A program made the position numbers and the translations under genes. This document shows, in pieces, positions 25,306 to 37,790 of a stretch of 64,000 bases of DNA. The notes under the pieces are model-generated. The model made no database searches. It had not been told where the DNA came from and saw nothing but the letters and a program-made list of their open reading frames with translations. The stretch is taken from the NCBI RefSeq assembly GCF_009914755.1, contig NC_060934.1. One strand, given 5' to 3'. How positions within the stretch are numbered: position 1 is the first letter of the stretch; each line of letters opens with the position of its first letter. The DNA comes from the human T2T-CHM13v2.0 reference genome, Homo sapiens.

Positions 25306-25999
25306 TGCTTGCAAGAGGTGGCTGAGTTCCCATCTCCCTGCTGAAACTAATGGATGTGCCAACCCTATGCAGGGGAAACATGTACTTAAGGACCCAAATC
25401 TTACTGGAGGAGGGACTTGTGAGGAGGGAGGATCAGAGAAGTTTGCTCAGAGTCTGATAAAAGTAGCGTGAATGCTTTTTCCTTTATCCACAAACATTTA
25501 TTGAGCATGGATCATGCGCCAGGATAGGGCTGGCTTCTGGGGATATGAAGTAAAAATTCCACAGCCTTTTCTCTCAGGGAGATTACATTACAGTAAAAGG
25601 AAGCAAAGAGCCTATTGGAAGGGCTGTCACTGGACACAGTATGGAATCCCCCTCAGCAAGTTGCAGCTGCTCAGGTGGGGGCGGTTGGTCCTAGGGAAGC
25701 ATTGGGAAAGGCTCAGTAGAGGGGTGATGCGTGGTTTGCTTGTTGCAAGGTGGGGAGGTGCTCACCTGATGATTAAGGGACAGAGGCCATGGTGCTGTGG
25801 GCAGGAAGTCCCTCATGGACGGGCAAGGCCATGTGGCAGGGACTTATGTGACCCAAGCAAGTGAGAGGAAGGGCACAGGGCAGGGCTTAGCAGAGGAGCC
25901 AGGAAGCAGCAACAGAGAAGGGGTTCACCCTTAAAGGAGCAGTCCATAAAGAGATGGCAATGAATAGGTCAGAAGGTGAAGGAAGACAATGAGACAATG

Positions 26000-26467
26000 A
26001 TAGGTACCCCAGAGTAGAGCCTAGAGCCTGCACAAAGACAGGTGCAGGCAGCTTATTTGTCAGGTGATCGTGAAAGCTGGAGTGAGGGAGCAGGGAGAGA
26101 GAGAGAGAGTGAGAACAGGGGAATAAAGACTGCATAATTACTGTGGGCAACTGATCACAAGCCCAGTAGGACCCTCTAAGGAACTGTGGAGAAGATGCCT
26201 TGGAACTCTCCCTCCCAAGGATGGGAAGTTGACTCACTGGCTCCCATCTTCCATTGGTTGGGAGTTGCCCCTGGGGGTGTTAACTCTTCCATGTTTTGGC
26301 CATGCTTGTGTTTGAGCCAAGGGGTCACCCTGAGGCAGAAAGGGAGAGAGTCATATCAGCACACTTGAAGTGAAATGTTGGCAGCAGGTATATAGCTGTC
26401 TTTCTCAGCTGTGCTGATGTCAGCAGGACCAAAAAGATGTGACATGGAGCACACAAAGTATTTGCTA
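26000..26467. mobile_element. LTR33-like ERVL LTR
   Basis: actgtgggcaactg...ctcccatcttccattggttgggagttgcccctgggggtgttaactc. Confidence 0.65.
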
Positions 26468-26836
26468 AAGGAATCAAGGAAAGAGTGAGTTTCAAGGAGA
26501 ATGGGTTGGCAGGTTGCCTGTCATGGAGAAGTCTTGGATGGAAAGGTCCAGGATGGAAAGAGTTGGGTTTGCATTGGGGCTCAGCAGAGAGGCAGGGACA
26601 GAGCCAAGTTGCACTGGGCTGAGGAATGAGAGGGCAGTGAAGAAGCAGAGACAATGGCATAAGTGATTTTTTTTCTGGATTGTCAGCTGTGAAGGAAAGA
26701 CAAGGAATCTGGCAATAGCCGATGGTAGATACAGAATAAGGAACTCACTGAGGATGAAGAATGTGCAAGGATCAAGGATAATGGTGAACTTTAGGGACTT
26801 CAGGGTTTGCATTTCAAGTTTTCTTTCCTTCAGATT

Positions 26837-26902
26837 GTGTATGTGTGTGTGTGTGCGTGCGTGTGTGCGTGTGTTTGTGTGGGTGTGTCTGTATGTCTGT
26901 GT
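26837..26902. repeat. Degenerate (TG)n microsatellite
   Basis: tgtgtatgtgtgtgtgtgtgcgtgcgtgtgtgcgtgtg. Confidence 0.9.
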
Positions 26903-27894
26903 GCTGGACTAAAGAGAGAGAAGGAAAAGTTGCTCTTTTCTTGGGACTGTGGGATGACATGGGCATTGAGGTTGGACAGATTTGATTTAGAATCTTTGGT
27001 TCTGCCATAGTGTGATCTGGGCGACATACTTGGAACTCAGTGTTGTTATCTCTAAAATGGGGATAACAATATTTCTCTCCCAGGGTACTTCTGGGCTTGA
27101 ATAAGGAAAGGTTTGTAGAAGAGTCTGACACAGATTAGATAGTCAGAGCCTCAGCATTGTCTTGAGAGACAGTGTGGTGGTTAAGAGAACAGATTTTTGA
27201 ACCAGACTGCCTGCCTGGGTTCAGGCCCCAGCTCTATGCTGTCCAGGCTGTAATGCACACAGCGACAGCATTGGCAAGAGTAGGGGTGTGATGAGATGTG
27301 AGGCTGGATTGGTAAACACGTCCAGAGAGCTGAGACCAGAGCCCAGGCCAAGACTGGACTTCATCTACCCTGAGCTCTAGGGCCCTGGCCACTGTGCTAC
27401 TCCCAGTGACTTAGTTTTTCCTCTGCCAGGAGAGGGTGAACTGACACACACCTGTCAAATGTGCGGCTCAGATACCAGCACTCCCTATCTCTAGCAGACA
27501 TTATCGATGGAACAGACACTTTCTGGTGGAGTTTGGACATTGTCTCATTCAGAGTGCTTCTTGACATGGGCTACACGTGGGCCCTGCAATTGATCAGACT
27601 TGCCACATGAGATTTTCCATCTAGGTCTAGGTGAACTCTCTAGATGTTCCTGTTCTTAGACCTGGACAAGCCCAGCTTCTGCCCAGGCCCCATGCTTTAC
27701 AGGGCCTTTCTCCAAGTTTTCAGAAAATGTATAGCTAATCACGGTCCTCATTTTTTCACTTGGCTGGGTCTCTCCCAACCCTGCAAATCGGGTAGGCTGT
27801 GGGATTTGTGTCTATGGGGTTGTTCCTGGTTCAATTCTAGAAGGGCAAAGTATTGAGTAGATTACCTATGTTACCTGGCATGGTATTTCTTCCC

Positions 27895-29790
27895 TTTTCT
27901 TTTAAATAACAGTACTATTAAGATATAGATCACACACCATATAATTCACCCATTTTAAGTGACAGTTCAATGGTTTTTAGTGTATTCAGAGTTGTGCGCC
28001 CATCACCACAATCAATTTCAGAACATTTTTATTGCCTGAAAAGAAATCCTGTATCATTTAGCCATCACCCCCTTATCTCCCCTATCTCTCCTAGCCCTAA
28101 GCAACCACTACTCTATATTCTGTCTCTACAGAGTTTCATATTCTGGACATTTCATATGAATGGAATAATATAATATGTGGTCTTTTGTGACTGAATTCTT
28201 TCACTTAACATAATGTTTTCAAGGTTCACCCATGAGGTAGCACGAATCAGTACTTCATTCCTTTTTATGGCTGAATAATATGCAATTGTAGGGACATATC
28301 ACATTCTGTTTATCCATTTGTCCATGATAGACCTTCAGGTTGTTTCCAACTTTTGGTTATTATGAATGATGTTGCTATAAACATATATACAAGTTTTTGT
28401 AAGGACATAGATTTTCATGTCTTGAGTATATATCAGACTGGTGCAAAAGTTATTGCGGTTTTTGCCATTACTTTTGATGCCAAAAGCGACAATTACTTTT
28501 GCACCAACCCAATAGGAGTGGAATTGCTGGGTCATGTGTTACTTCTATGTTTAATCATTTGAAGAACAGTCAGACTCTTCCAAAGTGGCGGTACTATTTT
28601 CCATTCCTAAAAGCAGTGTATTTAGGGTTCTAATTTTTCTGCATGCTGTCCTACCCTTACTATTATCTGACTTTTTGATTCTAGTCATCCTAGTTGGTGT
28701 AAAGTGGTATCTCACTGTGGTTTTGATTTGTATTTCCCTCAATAATGATATTGAGCATCTTGTCATGTGCTTATGTGCTTGTTGGCAATTTATAAGTCTT
28801 TTTTGAAGAAATATCTATTCAGATCCTTTGCCCACTTTTAATTGGGTTGTCATTTTATTACTGAGTCATAAAACTTCTTTATATATGCTATATACAAGTC
28901 CTTTATCAGACATAGAGTTAGCAAAAATTTCCTCCTATTTTGTGAATTGTTTTTTCACAGTCTTCATGGTGTCCTTTAAAGGACAAAAGTTTAAAAATTT
29001 TATGAAATCCAATTTTTCTATGTTTACTTTTGTTGCTTGTTCATTTGGGGACACATCTGAGAAACCATTGTCCAATCCAAGATCATAACAATTTGCCCTC
29101 ATGTTTTCTTCTAAGAGGTCAATAGTTTTAGCTCTTCTGTTTGGAGTTTTGATTCACTTTTAGTTAATTTTTTCCATATGGTTTGATGTAGGGATCCAAT
29201 TTCATCCTTCTGCATGTTGTCCCAGCACCATTTTGTTGAAAAAATTATTATTTCTCCATTGAATTGTTTTGACATCCTTGCTGAAGATGAATTGACTTTA
29301 GATGTGAGGATTAATTTCTGGATTCTCAAGCCAGTTAAATTAGCCTACATGTTTATCCTATGCTGGTACCACACTGTCTTTATTACTGTAACTTGGAAGT
29401 AAGTTTAAAAATCAGGAAGTGTGAGTCCTCCAACTTTGTTCTTTTTCAATACATATTTTTTTCTATTCCAGGTTCCTTGAATTTCTACGTGAATTTTAGG
29501 ATCAGCTTGTCCATTTCTGCAAAGAAGCCAGCTGAGCTTTTGATTGGAATTGCATTGAATCTGTAGATCAATTTGGAGAGCATTTGCATCTTAACAGTAT
29601 TAAGTCTTCTCATCCATGAACATATTATATTTTTCCATGTATTTAGATCTTTAATTGCCTTCAACAATGTTTTGTAGTTTTTAGAATATAAATCTTGCAC
29701 TTCTTTTGTTAAATGTATTCCAAAGTATTTCTTTTGACACTATTGTAAGTGAAATTGTTTTCTTAGTTTCATTTTCAGATTGTTCACTAT
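27895..29790 (-). mobile_element. L1MB 3' portion (3'UTR plus ORF2 C-terminal relic)
   Basis: L1MB 3' end; ORF 29485-29700(-) [39 protein letters not shown] matches L1 ORF2; fragmented by stops. Confidence 0.93.
28433..28512. mobile_element. MADE1 (80-bp mariner MITE) inserted in L1MB
   Basis: ggtgcaaaagttattgcggtttttgccattactttt...caattacttttgcaccaacc, flanked by TA (28431-32 and 28513-14). Confidence 0.95.
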
Positions 29791-29954
29791 ATGATATCAC
29801 TTTTGTGGCATAGCATGTGATTGCTCATGAATGGTGCTGATACACTGATTTTTAATGACTTGTTTAGATAGACAAAAACTTCAAAATAAGATCTGCCTTA
29901 TGCACACTAGGAGCATCCTAGCATCTTTGAATTCTGAGACGTCATTTTATTACA

Positions 29955-30485
29955 ACAGTTTGTTTATTGATTTATTTGTCGAGGGCCCCCTGTGGGCCAG
30001 ACATTCTTTTAGGAGTGAGAGGCACTGCAGTGGGTGCGGCAAAGTTTCTACCCCTGTGGAGCTTGTGTTCTCATGGGGAAGACAGACAACAAACTAACCG
30101 CTAACCAAATACTTCATATAATTTCAGGCAATCACAAGTCCTTTGAAAGAAAATGAATTAGCCTTAGGATACAAAGTTCAGGGGTACAATGTCAGATTCA
30201 ATGGGATGGTGGGGAAGGCCTTTCTGGGGAGGTGACATAGGGACAGAATTAAGTGCAGGGTGAGCTGTGTGGAGAGCTGGGGAGGACAGTAGGCACCAGG
30301 CCCTGGGTGGGAACACACTGCAGGGGATGGGGGACCGTAGGAGAGCCAGCGTGGCCAGGGTAGAAGGGAGCTGAGATGGGGAGAGGAGCTGAAGAGTTAG
30401 GCAGGGACCAGGCCACGAAGTCAGATGGGCCATGGTAAGCACTGTGGCTTTTACCCTGAGTGTGATGCCAAGTCATTGGAGAAAT
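29955..30485 (-). mobile_element. L2a-like
   Basis: tatttgtcgagggccccctgtgggccagaca...gggaaggcctttctggggaggtgaca...gggccatggtaag. Confidence 0.8.
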
Positions 30486-32049
30486 TACCAAGAGCTGCAG
30501 GAGTCAGGGAAGGTGTCTTGAAAGTCAAGGAGGTAGGTGAGTTCTGCAGGGAGAATCTGCATGCGCAAAGCCTTCAGGGTATGGAGAGCCAGGCAGGAGC
30601 AACAGCAGGAAAAAAGGTATGGGAAGAAGCTCAGCCTGATTGAAGCAAATGGAGTACATTCTGGAGCAAGACAAAAGAGAAAAGGGGGGAGGGTTGGCAT
30701 GCTCTCTGGTTGTATAATGGTCTATCCAGAAGGTAGCTTTGGTTTTAGCCCAGAGTTTAGCCCAGATTCAAGGCTTAGGAAACCTAGAATTGAGCTTTGG
30801 CTCTGACGTTGACTTGTTATATGACCTTGGGCAAGTCATCTCCCTTCTTTGGGGCTTGATGTTGTCATCTGTACAATGGGTGCTTTAGAACAAGAACAAC
30901 CTCAAGTGTGTTGCCCCTGTAATGCATATCTTTGGAGACTGCTTGATTCACCAAACCCTGGACGAGAGCCCTTGCTAGGAGAGAGGCCTTCTGTTAGCTG
31001 AGCTGGTCTATAGCTTCTCTAAGCTCAGATGCTTCCTGCCCTGAGGTTTGGCAGGGTGACAGGGTAGAGTGTTACTATGATATATCTCTCCCTTTCATCA
31101 TTGCCAAGCTAATGTGATAGCCTGTGGCTGGTCTGTAGGGCGGCTAAGCTTGCAAGGAGCTAATGCTGGAAATGCTGGAAGTAAGTGTGGCAGAGTTGAT
31201 AAGTGGTAGAGAAAGGAGATGGAGACAGGTTAAACATAGCAATGCCAGGCCCAACTACATCGTGTCCTCCCAGAAAAAGTTGGGAAGCCCTCAGACACTG
31301 ACTGGTCCACCTCCATTGGTTTGCAGAGAAAGTGGACAAGGTCCAGAGAGGGAATGACTTCTGCTTTAGGTCACCCAGCAAATTGGAGGCAGAATAGAAA
31401 CATGGTTCCTGGTTCTGGACTCGTGGTCTTTCCACTGCACCCCACTGCTTCTGGCAAGTTGAAAGCCAATGCCCTTTGGGCAAGGAGAATTAACAAGAGG
31501 TAGAGAGAGGAATGTGTCTGAATGTTGGTTAGTTGGTAGGAGAAACAAGAAGTGAGCAGCCTCCTGGTGGTTCTACTTCTCTCTGATCAGGACACACTAG
31601 CACAGAGGTGCAGACCCTTGCTCTAGCTGCACCTGCCCTGGAGCCAGCAGCAGAGGGTGCTCAGGAATCCTGAGAAGCCAGCCTGTGAGCCCTCGCTGTG
31701 CCACACCTCTGTACCCACCACAACCTCTCCACCAGCGTGATCTGGCCCATGACACTTTCTGCTCAGAAATCTTTCCTTTGCTCACTTGCAGACAGGACTG
31801 GGGCAGGACTGTGGCAGCCTCTTCCCTGGGCTGCTCTATTCAGACTCTGGGGAACTTGTAGATGATGAAATTGGGAAAATAAAAGTTGTCCTCATTCTGG
31901 TCACCACTTTGGGAACACAGTTTTGGGAACACTTGAGAGAGGGGCTGATTCGTATGCCTCTGACAGACTGGCCCAGCACCCAGGAGACCGCAGCCTCCTC
32001 CATGCCAACCATGGCACCTGCTGGCATAGTCCACTAGTGCCCCAGTGAC

Positions 32050-32570
32050 ATTTGCCACTTTTCAGAGTCTTTCCTCACTCTTTACCCTCTTTAGGCCTTA
32101 GCCAGTCTGCTTTGCCAACTTGGGTGTGGTGGCTACTGTCTTTGCTCCAGCCCTTAACCTTGCGTTCTCCTGTCCTGACCATCTGCTCCTCCTAGTGACC
32201 ATGGGGGCCATGGACCCCAAGCCAGGCCAATCAGATCCTTTCCCTGGGACTTTTTGCCACTTGAGCTGGCCCAAAAGAGCTTGTTATCCTTTTTCATACA
32301 AAGCTGTTTAGATATAAGCCAGAGATGCCTGTGACTAGTATTTCAACCTCCTGAAAAGCTGAAACTGGAAGAATAAAGTCAGCTGTCAGAGAAAGAGATG
32401 GAGGTTAGATAAAGCATCCTAGGGTGCTTGGGTGCCTGAATCCCACTGTACCTGGACCTCCCCTCTTTTTTGAGAGAGCTGGTGAACTTGAGTTTTTGTA
32501 GCAGCCAAAGGAACTCTGACTAATCTGTGGATCTGATAACCCTGGCTTGGCCTTTTCATGGGTTGTGAGA
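32050..32570 (+). mobile_element. Old MLT1 LTR fragment
   Basis: gacccaagccaggccaatcagatccttt...gagtttttgtagcagccaaaggaactctgactaat. Confidence 0.5.
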
Positions 32571-33889
32571 ATCTGATGACCTGTCCGTGGTCCAAAACCA
32601 GCCAGGGGTAGATCTTCAAGAAGGCTTCCCCATCCCAAACTCCTTACAACAGCCATTCCACTCATCATGTGGAAAAGTGGGTAACCAGAAAGGACAGGAA
32701 AGGTGGGGACACATAATTGTTGGGGCTTGACATAGGCTCTCTCATCTCCACACAGTTAATATGGTTTTACGATAAAACAAAGAAATAAAATCCTATTTTA
32801 TAAATTTAAAAAATCAAGACCATGCTGCTTGGTTCCTTCAGGCCCTGGGGAGTCTGTGTCTCAGCTCAAGTGGCCAGCTGGACAAGATGGGTGTCACCCT
32901 GGCCAGCCCCTGGACCAGCCTGCCTCAATCTCTGGCAGGCTGATGCCGTGGGTTCAGCCTACAGAGTCTCCTCCCTGGACATCTCTCTGGAGATTCAGGG
33001 TTGGCCAGGGCCTTGTGTGATAAGAATCACTGAATGTCAGTGCCCAGAGGAATCTTTGAGATGGAGAATGGAGCAAGGCATGAGACAAAGACACTTGGCC
33101 AGGTTCACACTGCTGTGTGGCTGCAATATGCTGGGCACAGAAACAGACGCAGGGAACCTTGGCTTAAGAGCTCCCACCACTGCTGCTGTATGCCACACTG
33201 CTTCCTGCCTGGTCCATCAATGTCCCCAGCAGGTGACCTTGGACAGCATCCCAGGAGCCAAATGTGGTCCCAGGGTCAGACTGACATGACAGGGAAGATC
33301 TATAGGTCTGGTGGAAGCTGCTTGGTGGCATCTCGCCCAGGAGTATCTAAGAATATAAAAGGGTTAGATTTGGGGATATGTATTTTAGCAGATTCTGAAA
33401 CTTGCCTCTTGTATTTTTGTATACCTATACTCTGCTTCATGAGCTCAGATATAAAATCTAGGTCTGTCTTCTCTCCTAGTGCCTCTGTTGCTTGAAGATA
33501 CAGAACTTCCTTCAAAGAAATAGGTGAATGGCCCATGCAGTAAATGCCCCCAGGACTGAGGTGATAAGCTCCTGGCTTTTCAGTAGACCTTCTGCTTGGC
33601 CATGCTTTGCAGGCTTCTGATCACTAGTCCAGGTGACTGGTTGAGGATGAAAAAGTCACCTCTTAGCCTCCTCCATTACTCCTCCATGACTCCTCCATGC
33701 TGTTTTCCTCAAGAAGGAAGCTCTGACCTGCTGGGGTACTCGTGGCTTACCAACACCAAGCCCTCTGTTTCACTTTTCTCCTTGCAGGGGCCTTTCTCTG
33801 CAGCGGTCCTTCTCCTTGTCCGTTGGCCTGAAGCCTGACCTTTGGTAAGGTCTTCGGCCAGAATGGTATCATGAGAAAGATAGGCATGA

Positions 33890-34362
<473 letters not shown>

Positions 34363-35427
34363 CATCATATACGTAGACATATCACATACATATACATACA
34401 TATACATATATGATGCACATGTATACATCATATGCAGTGATGTACTTATTTCTTGATCCAAGTGTTGGTTAAATGGGGATATTCAGTTTGTAAAAAATTA
34501 GCAAACTATAAACTATAATCTTGTTATAATGTGAAAAAAAAAGAAAGGCATGAGGGAGGCAGAGCACCGGCCTTGGAGTCAGAACATCTGGGTTTGAAAT
34601 CCTGACTCTACTGAATATTTGCTGAGCCAAGTTGCTTCACTTTCTCATCTTCCCTACCTGTTGCCCTGCTGTATGGGGCTGATTACACCTCCTTCATGCC
34701 CTTGCTCATTAGGAGAGCTAAATGCCAGGCGGCAGGGGGACGAGGTGGTGTGCAAAAGCTTGGGTCACAGAGCAGATGATCAGGAGGTCAATGCCTGGTG
34801 CATTAGGCCACCCCAGCACTTCTTGCAAGAAAGAACACAGGAGAGCAGCAAGCCAGAGAGAGCTGAGCTTTTGCTGGAGTCATGTGACAGGCAGGACAGT
34901 GACTGAGGATTTAACGAAAGGACAATTTGAGCACCTCCAGTTCCAATGCCAATGAGTGCCTCTCCCTGTGTCCCCAGGACCGGGATGGTGCTAGCTGTTT
35001 GTGAAGTGCAACTTGTCCCCAGTAAGCATCTGTTTTGCTTCTCTCAGCACCAGCCCTTCAGGAAATTCTTGGCAGGCCCCCTGTGTGCTCCAAAGCGACG
35101 CCTTCCCAGCTCACTTTGGCTGCCAGCAGCCTTCCAGCAGGGGCTTCTTGCTCTGAATCCTAACACGAGCTTCAGCAGGGGCTTTAGTTGCTGCACTCAG
35201 CAGGGGACAGGAAGGGATGGTGGTGGACGGAGGGTGATGAGGCAGGGGGCCTTGTTCAGGGTTTCTGGGATGCTGCGGCAGACAGGGTCTGTCTGTGCAT
35301 GTCTGCGGAGGCTGGCTCATCAGCCTGCAGGCCGGCCTAGTGCCTCATTTCTCAGTCAATGCCCCCAGCACTTGGTGAGCTGGGTCGACAGCGGGTGCAG
35401 CCACTGAGACAAGCAGCCAGATAGCTA

Positions 35428-35730
<303 letters not shown>

Positions 35731-35948
35731 CTGTTAAGAATCTCAGTGATGCAGAGGCTTATAATGGGCGCTTGGGCCTTGCCTCTTCTTTATTCATGTG
35801 CTCACATGTAGTCATTCCCTGCCAGCCTCTAGTTCAGCCCCTGGGCACTCAGTCAGGGACAGGAAGCATGGCCCCTGCCTCTCTGATGCCCTTTGCAAAG
35901 ACCCTGTCATGTCTCTGCCTGGATGACAGCCACAGCAGGGCAAGCCAC

Positions 35949-36385
35949 GTGGTGGAGCAGGAAAACCCTGCAGCCAGACTGCCTTGGCTCAGCTCTCAGC
36001 TCGACCACTCCTTTGGGTTCTGATTTAGGGCAAGAAACTTACCTTCTCTGTGCTGCGACCAGCCTGATCAACATAGTGAAACCCCGTCTCTACTAAAAAT
36101 ACAAAAAATTAGCTGGGCGTGGTGTCGGGTGCCTGTAATCCCAGCTACTCGGGGCGATGAGGCAGGAGAATCGCTTGAACCTGAGAGGCAGAGGTTGCAG
36201 TGACTGAGATTGCGCCATTGCACTCCAGCCTGGGCAAAAAGAGTGAAACTACGTCTCAAAAAAATAAATAAATAAAGGAGGGTGGGGGATGACAGCAGTC
36301 CCTAATTTATATAGTTGGCATGAAGTTCAATAGGTTAATGAGTGCAAAGAGTGTGAAATAGGGCCTGGAATCTAGTCCATAAGTA
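35949..36385 (+). mobile_element. MIR interrupted by Alu
   Basis: gggcaagaaacttaccttctctgtgc | gggggatgacagcagtccct...gggcctggaatctagt. Confidence 0.65.
36056..36276 (+). mobile_element. 5'-truncated AluS (Sp/Sq-like)
   Basis: Begins mid-left-arm (gaccagcctgatcaacat), ends ctcaaaaaaataaataaataaa. Confidence 0.93.
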
Positions 36386-37254
36386 ACAAAATCATAATGA
36401 CTCGGTTGTGCTACCTCTTGAGTCACCTTCTTCTAGGCTATCTCCATCACACAACCTTAGCGATCTTTCTAGGTCAGTCTGATCATAGTAAAGTCATTCA
36501 GAGGCTCCGTTGAAAGTTCAAACCTTTCCATGACCTTCAGACCCCTGCTTTCCTCCTCTTGATCACCTTTCCAAATGGCCATGCCCACTTTTCTCCTCTC
36601 TACCTTACAGACACTGCAGATGGCCTGCCATTTGCTAAACTTGCCACAGCTTCTCATCCTCTGCTGATCCTGGGGGACCTCTCCTCTCTCCTCCTTACCT
36701 CCCTGGAGTCCTACATGGGTTCTTCAAGAGGCCCTTCAATTTGTATTTGAAGGTAGAGAATCCTTCCTTGATTTCTCCTTCTCTAGCCAAAGCCAGCCCC
36801 TCCTGTGACCTCTCCCATTGACTGTCTACCCCAGGTCTTCTGTGCTAAGCAGTGTGTTGTAACCGCCCGAGTAAGCATATGTCTTCCATTGAACTCAGTG
36901 TCCTCTGGCCATGTCGGAGTCCTCTCTGGGCTGGCATGAGTAGACCCACAACAAACAGTTGTTGAAGGAATGAATGAACAAGATGCTTGGTGAATGCTTG
37001 CCAGATTAGAATGAAGAAGCTGCTAATCTCCTTTTGTCCTTACTACAACCCTTAAAGCAGATGGGGAGACACTAGCAGCCTGTTGGGACTTAGCTGCTAC
37101 TTTGTTGGTATAAGTGACAGCTGGCTGGCCCCAGGCAGCTGCAAGATATGGCCTGGTCCGACTCTTTGGACAGTGCTTACTCTTCTCCCCAGTTAGCACG
37201 CGTTCTGTTGCCTGGGAGGGGTAGGTTGATGCACATGAAACATAGAACTTTCCA

Positions 37255-37790
37255 GAGATGCTCACCACACTGTCACCATGCCACATTTCCTTCTGCAGTG
37301 TGAACTTGCCCCTCCCCCATGAAGATGCAGACTCCCATCTCCCCCACCTTGAATGTGGGCTTGAGCCTACTTGATCAATACAGTGGGATGGAAGGGATGT
37401 TCTGAGACTTCCAAGGTTAAGCCATAAGAAGCTTTGCAGCTTCTGCCCGGGGCCTTTAGAATTCTCTCTTGGGATGCTCCTTCTGGGAAGCCAGCCTCCA
37501 TACTATGAGATGGCAAAGCCATAGAAGAGGCCATGTGTAGGTGCTCTGGTGGACAGCCTCGGCTGAGTTCCCTGCAACAGCCCAGCCACGTGAGTGAGCC
37601 TTTTGGGATACCCAGATGGGCCAAACCTTCAGATGATGCCAGCCCCAGTGGACATCTGACTGCAATCCCATGTGAGACCTGGTGCGTGAGCTGCTCAGCT
37701 GAACCCAGTAAACCCGCAGAAACATGAGAGATGGTGATAAATGTTTGTTTGAAGTCACCAAGCTTTATGGTGGCAACAGATAAACAACAC
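37255..37790 (+). mobile_element. MLT1F/G/H-type LTR
   Basis: agaggccatgtgtaggtgctctggtggacagcc...ccttcagatgatgccagcccca...actgcaatcccatgtgagacc. Confidence 0.8.

Noticed and set aside
28551-29700. ORFs with real protein similarity
   Set aside because: Decayed L1 ORF2 fragments, not host genes
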